This document shows, piece by piece, positions 62,835-64,000 of a stretch of 64,000 nucleotides of DNA. A model generated the notes under the pieces. The model saw only the letters and a list, made by a program, of their open reading frames with translations, had not been told where the DNA came from and ran no database searches. How positions within the stretch are numbered: the stretch's first letter is position 1; each line of letters starts with the position of its first letter. This stretch comes from Cyanophora paradoxa CCMP329 (Eukaryota > Plantae > Glaucophyta): NCBI GenBank assembly GCA_004431415.1, contig QPMI01000499.1:1-64000 (forward strand), written 5' to 3'. Position numbers and translations under genes: made by a program.

Positions 62835-63679
62835 CACTTGCGGATCCCCTGATGAACGCCCTGACTGGCCTCCGAGCCGTCACGGCTGCACGATTGTGAA
62901 AGTGGGAGGCCGACGGCCCCACTGTGCATGCAGCTGCCTTCGGCTTTGGCCGATCGCGAGCTTCGGCGAGCTGAGCTGCCGAGCTCAAACGTGAGCTGAG
63001 GGGGCTTGGCCTGCAGCCCGCCTAACGCTGCAATAAAAGCTCCAGCGAGGCTCGCAAGTTGCGGCCCGCCCAAGAGAGCTGAAGATGGGCGAGGAGCCTC
63101 ATGGCCCCGTCTCATGCAATTGAAATTGCAAGGAGCTCCGGATTCCGCAAGGCCCGAGAGTCTGCGGCGGGAAGCTGCCTTCGCACGTGCTGAAAGTAAG
63201 AGGCCGCGGCCCAAGGCCCGTGCCCGCTGCACGCTGCTCCGTCGAGCCCCAGCGAGGCTCTCAGCCTGCGCTAGGGAGCTGATCATGACGACGAGTGCGC
63301 TGAAAGATGCGGCCCTTGGCCCCATCGCGCGCTGGAGCTGAAGCGCTCCGAGACGTGATCCGCGAGCCCCGAGCTCGGGATCCACTCTCAAAGAAAGCTC
63401 GACGCCCGAGGCGATCGCGAGACGCCTGGCCCAGCGCTTGGCCGCGCGTCGTGAGCTTGACAGGCGGCCTCTCGAGCCCCTGCAAAATTTGTGAGCCTCC
63501 GAGCTCCAAAGAAGGGCGAGCCTGAGGCCATGGTGCCCTCGAAAGCTCGAGCCCGAAGCAAAGTCCTGGCCCGCGGCGCGCTCTGCGAGACGGTCAGGCC
63601 GCTGGCACTGGCCCCGAGCCTGGCGCAGCGACGGCTCCATTGCGAGCCTGGCAATTATGAATTCATTGCAATTGAATTC

Positions 63680-63885
63680 AAGTCCTGGTAACGCCCGCCG
63701 AGTTGGCATCCAGGCGGCGCGCTGCGGCCACGAGCCGAGCGTGTGACGGGCATTATTGCCCCGCCCATCGTGAGCGAATGAAGTCCTGGGGACGCCCGTT
63801 CAGTTGGCATCCAGGCGGCGCGCTTCGACTCGACGTCGAGCGACGCGACGGGCAGACTCGCCCTCCGCCCATAGTGAGCGACGGG
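63680..63885 (+). repeat. Diverged ~100-bp tandem duplication
   Basis: AAGTCCTGG..ACGCCCG...AGTTGGCATCCAGGCGGCGCGCT at 63680 and 63781; CCGCCCATMGTGAGCGA occurs in both units. Confidence 0.8.
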
Positions 63886-64000
63886 CCGGGGCTTGACGAC
63901 CCCGATCTTGGCGCGTTCCTGACGAGAACGGCGCGACGGGGCTAAACGACCCCTGGGCCCTATATATCCTGAATCGAAGTCCCAGTGAATGGGCGGTCGG

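Overview
This is GC-rich, intron-dense eukaryotic nuclear DNA, so most ORFs in the six-frame track are shadow frames or exon fragments. The host is probably an archaeplastid alga: the plastid-type PRPP synthetase has a transit peptide starting MAF, typical of glaucophytes and red algae (inference). The window has three zones. (1) 1-12247: a tandem array of about 3.2 near-identical ~3.8-kb units. Each unit reads as a TIR-bounded element carrying a triplicated GC-rich block, an intron-containing internal fragment of TCF25/Rqc1 and a 24-bp perfect palindrome. (2) 12.4-55.1 kb: 15 compact genes (NEK kinase, F-box/LRR, TrhO-like rhodanese, Raw-like protein, EF-hand/WD40, PRS, methyltransferase, LRR, an unknown membrane protein, UGlyAH, HACD, DegP-like protease, NECAP, LRR, GT77). 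They have 50-80 nt introns, a very high share of GC-AG introns, 4-9 nt micro-exons, head-to-head gene pairs (two ATGs only 38 bp apart in one case), and patches alternately rich in GTAC or in CTAG/AGCT/TCGA. (3) 55.2-64 kb: nested mobile DNA. A gag-like zinc-knuckle ORF is interrupted by a 2291-bp non-coding LTR element (identical 203-bp LTRs, 4-bp TSD), which itself contains a poly(A) retroposed insert with a 17-bp TSD. Gene models and counts were worked out by hand; internal exon boundaries and some start codons are approximate.
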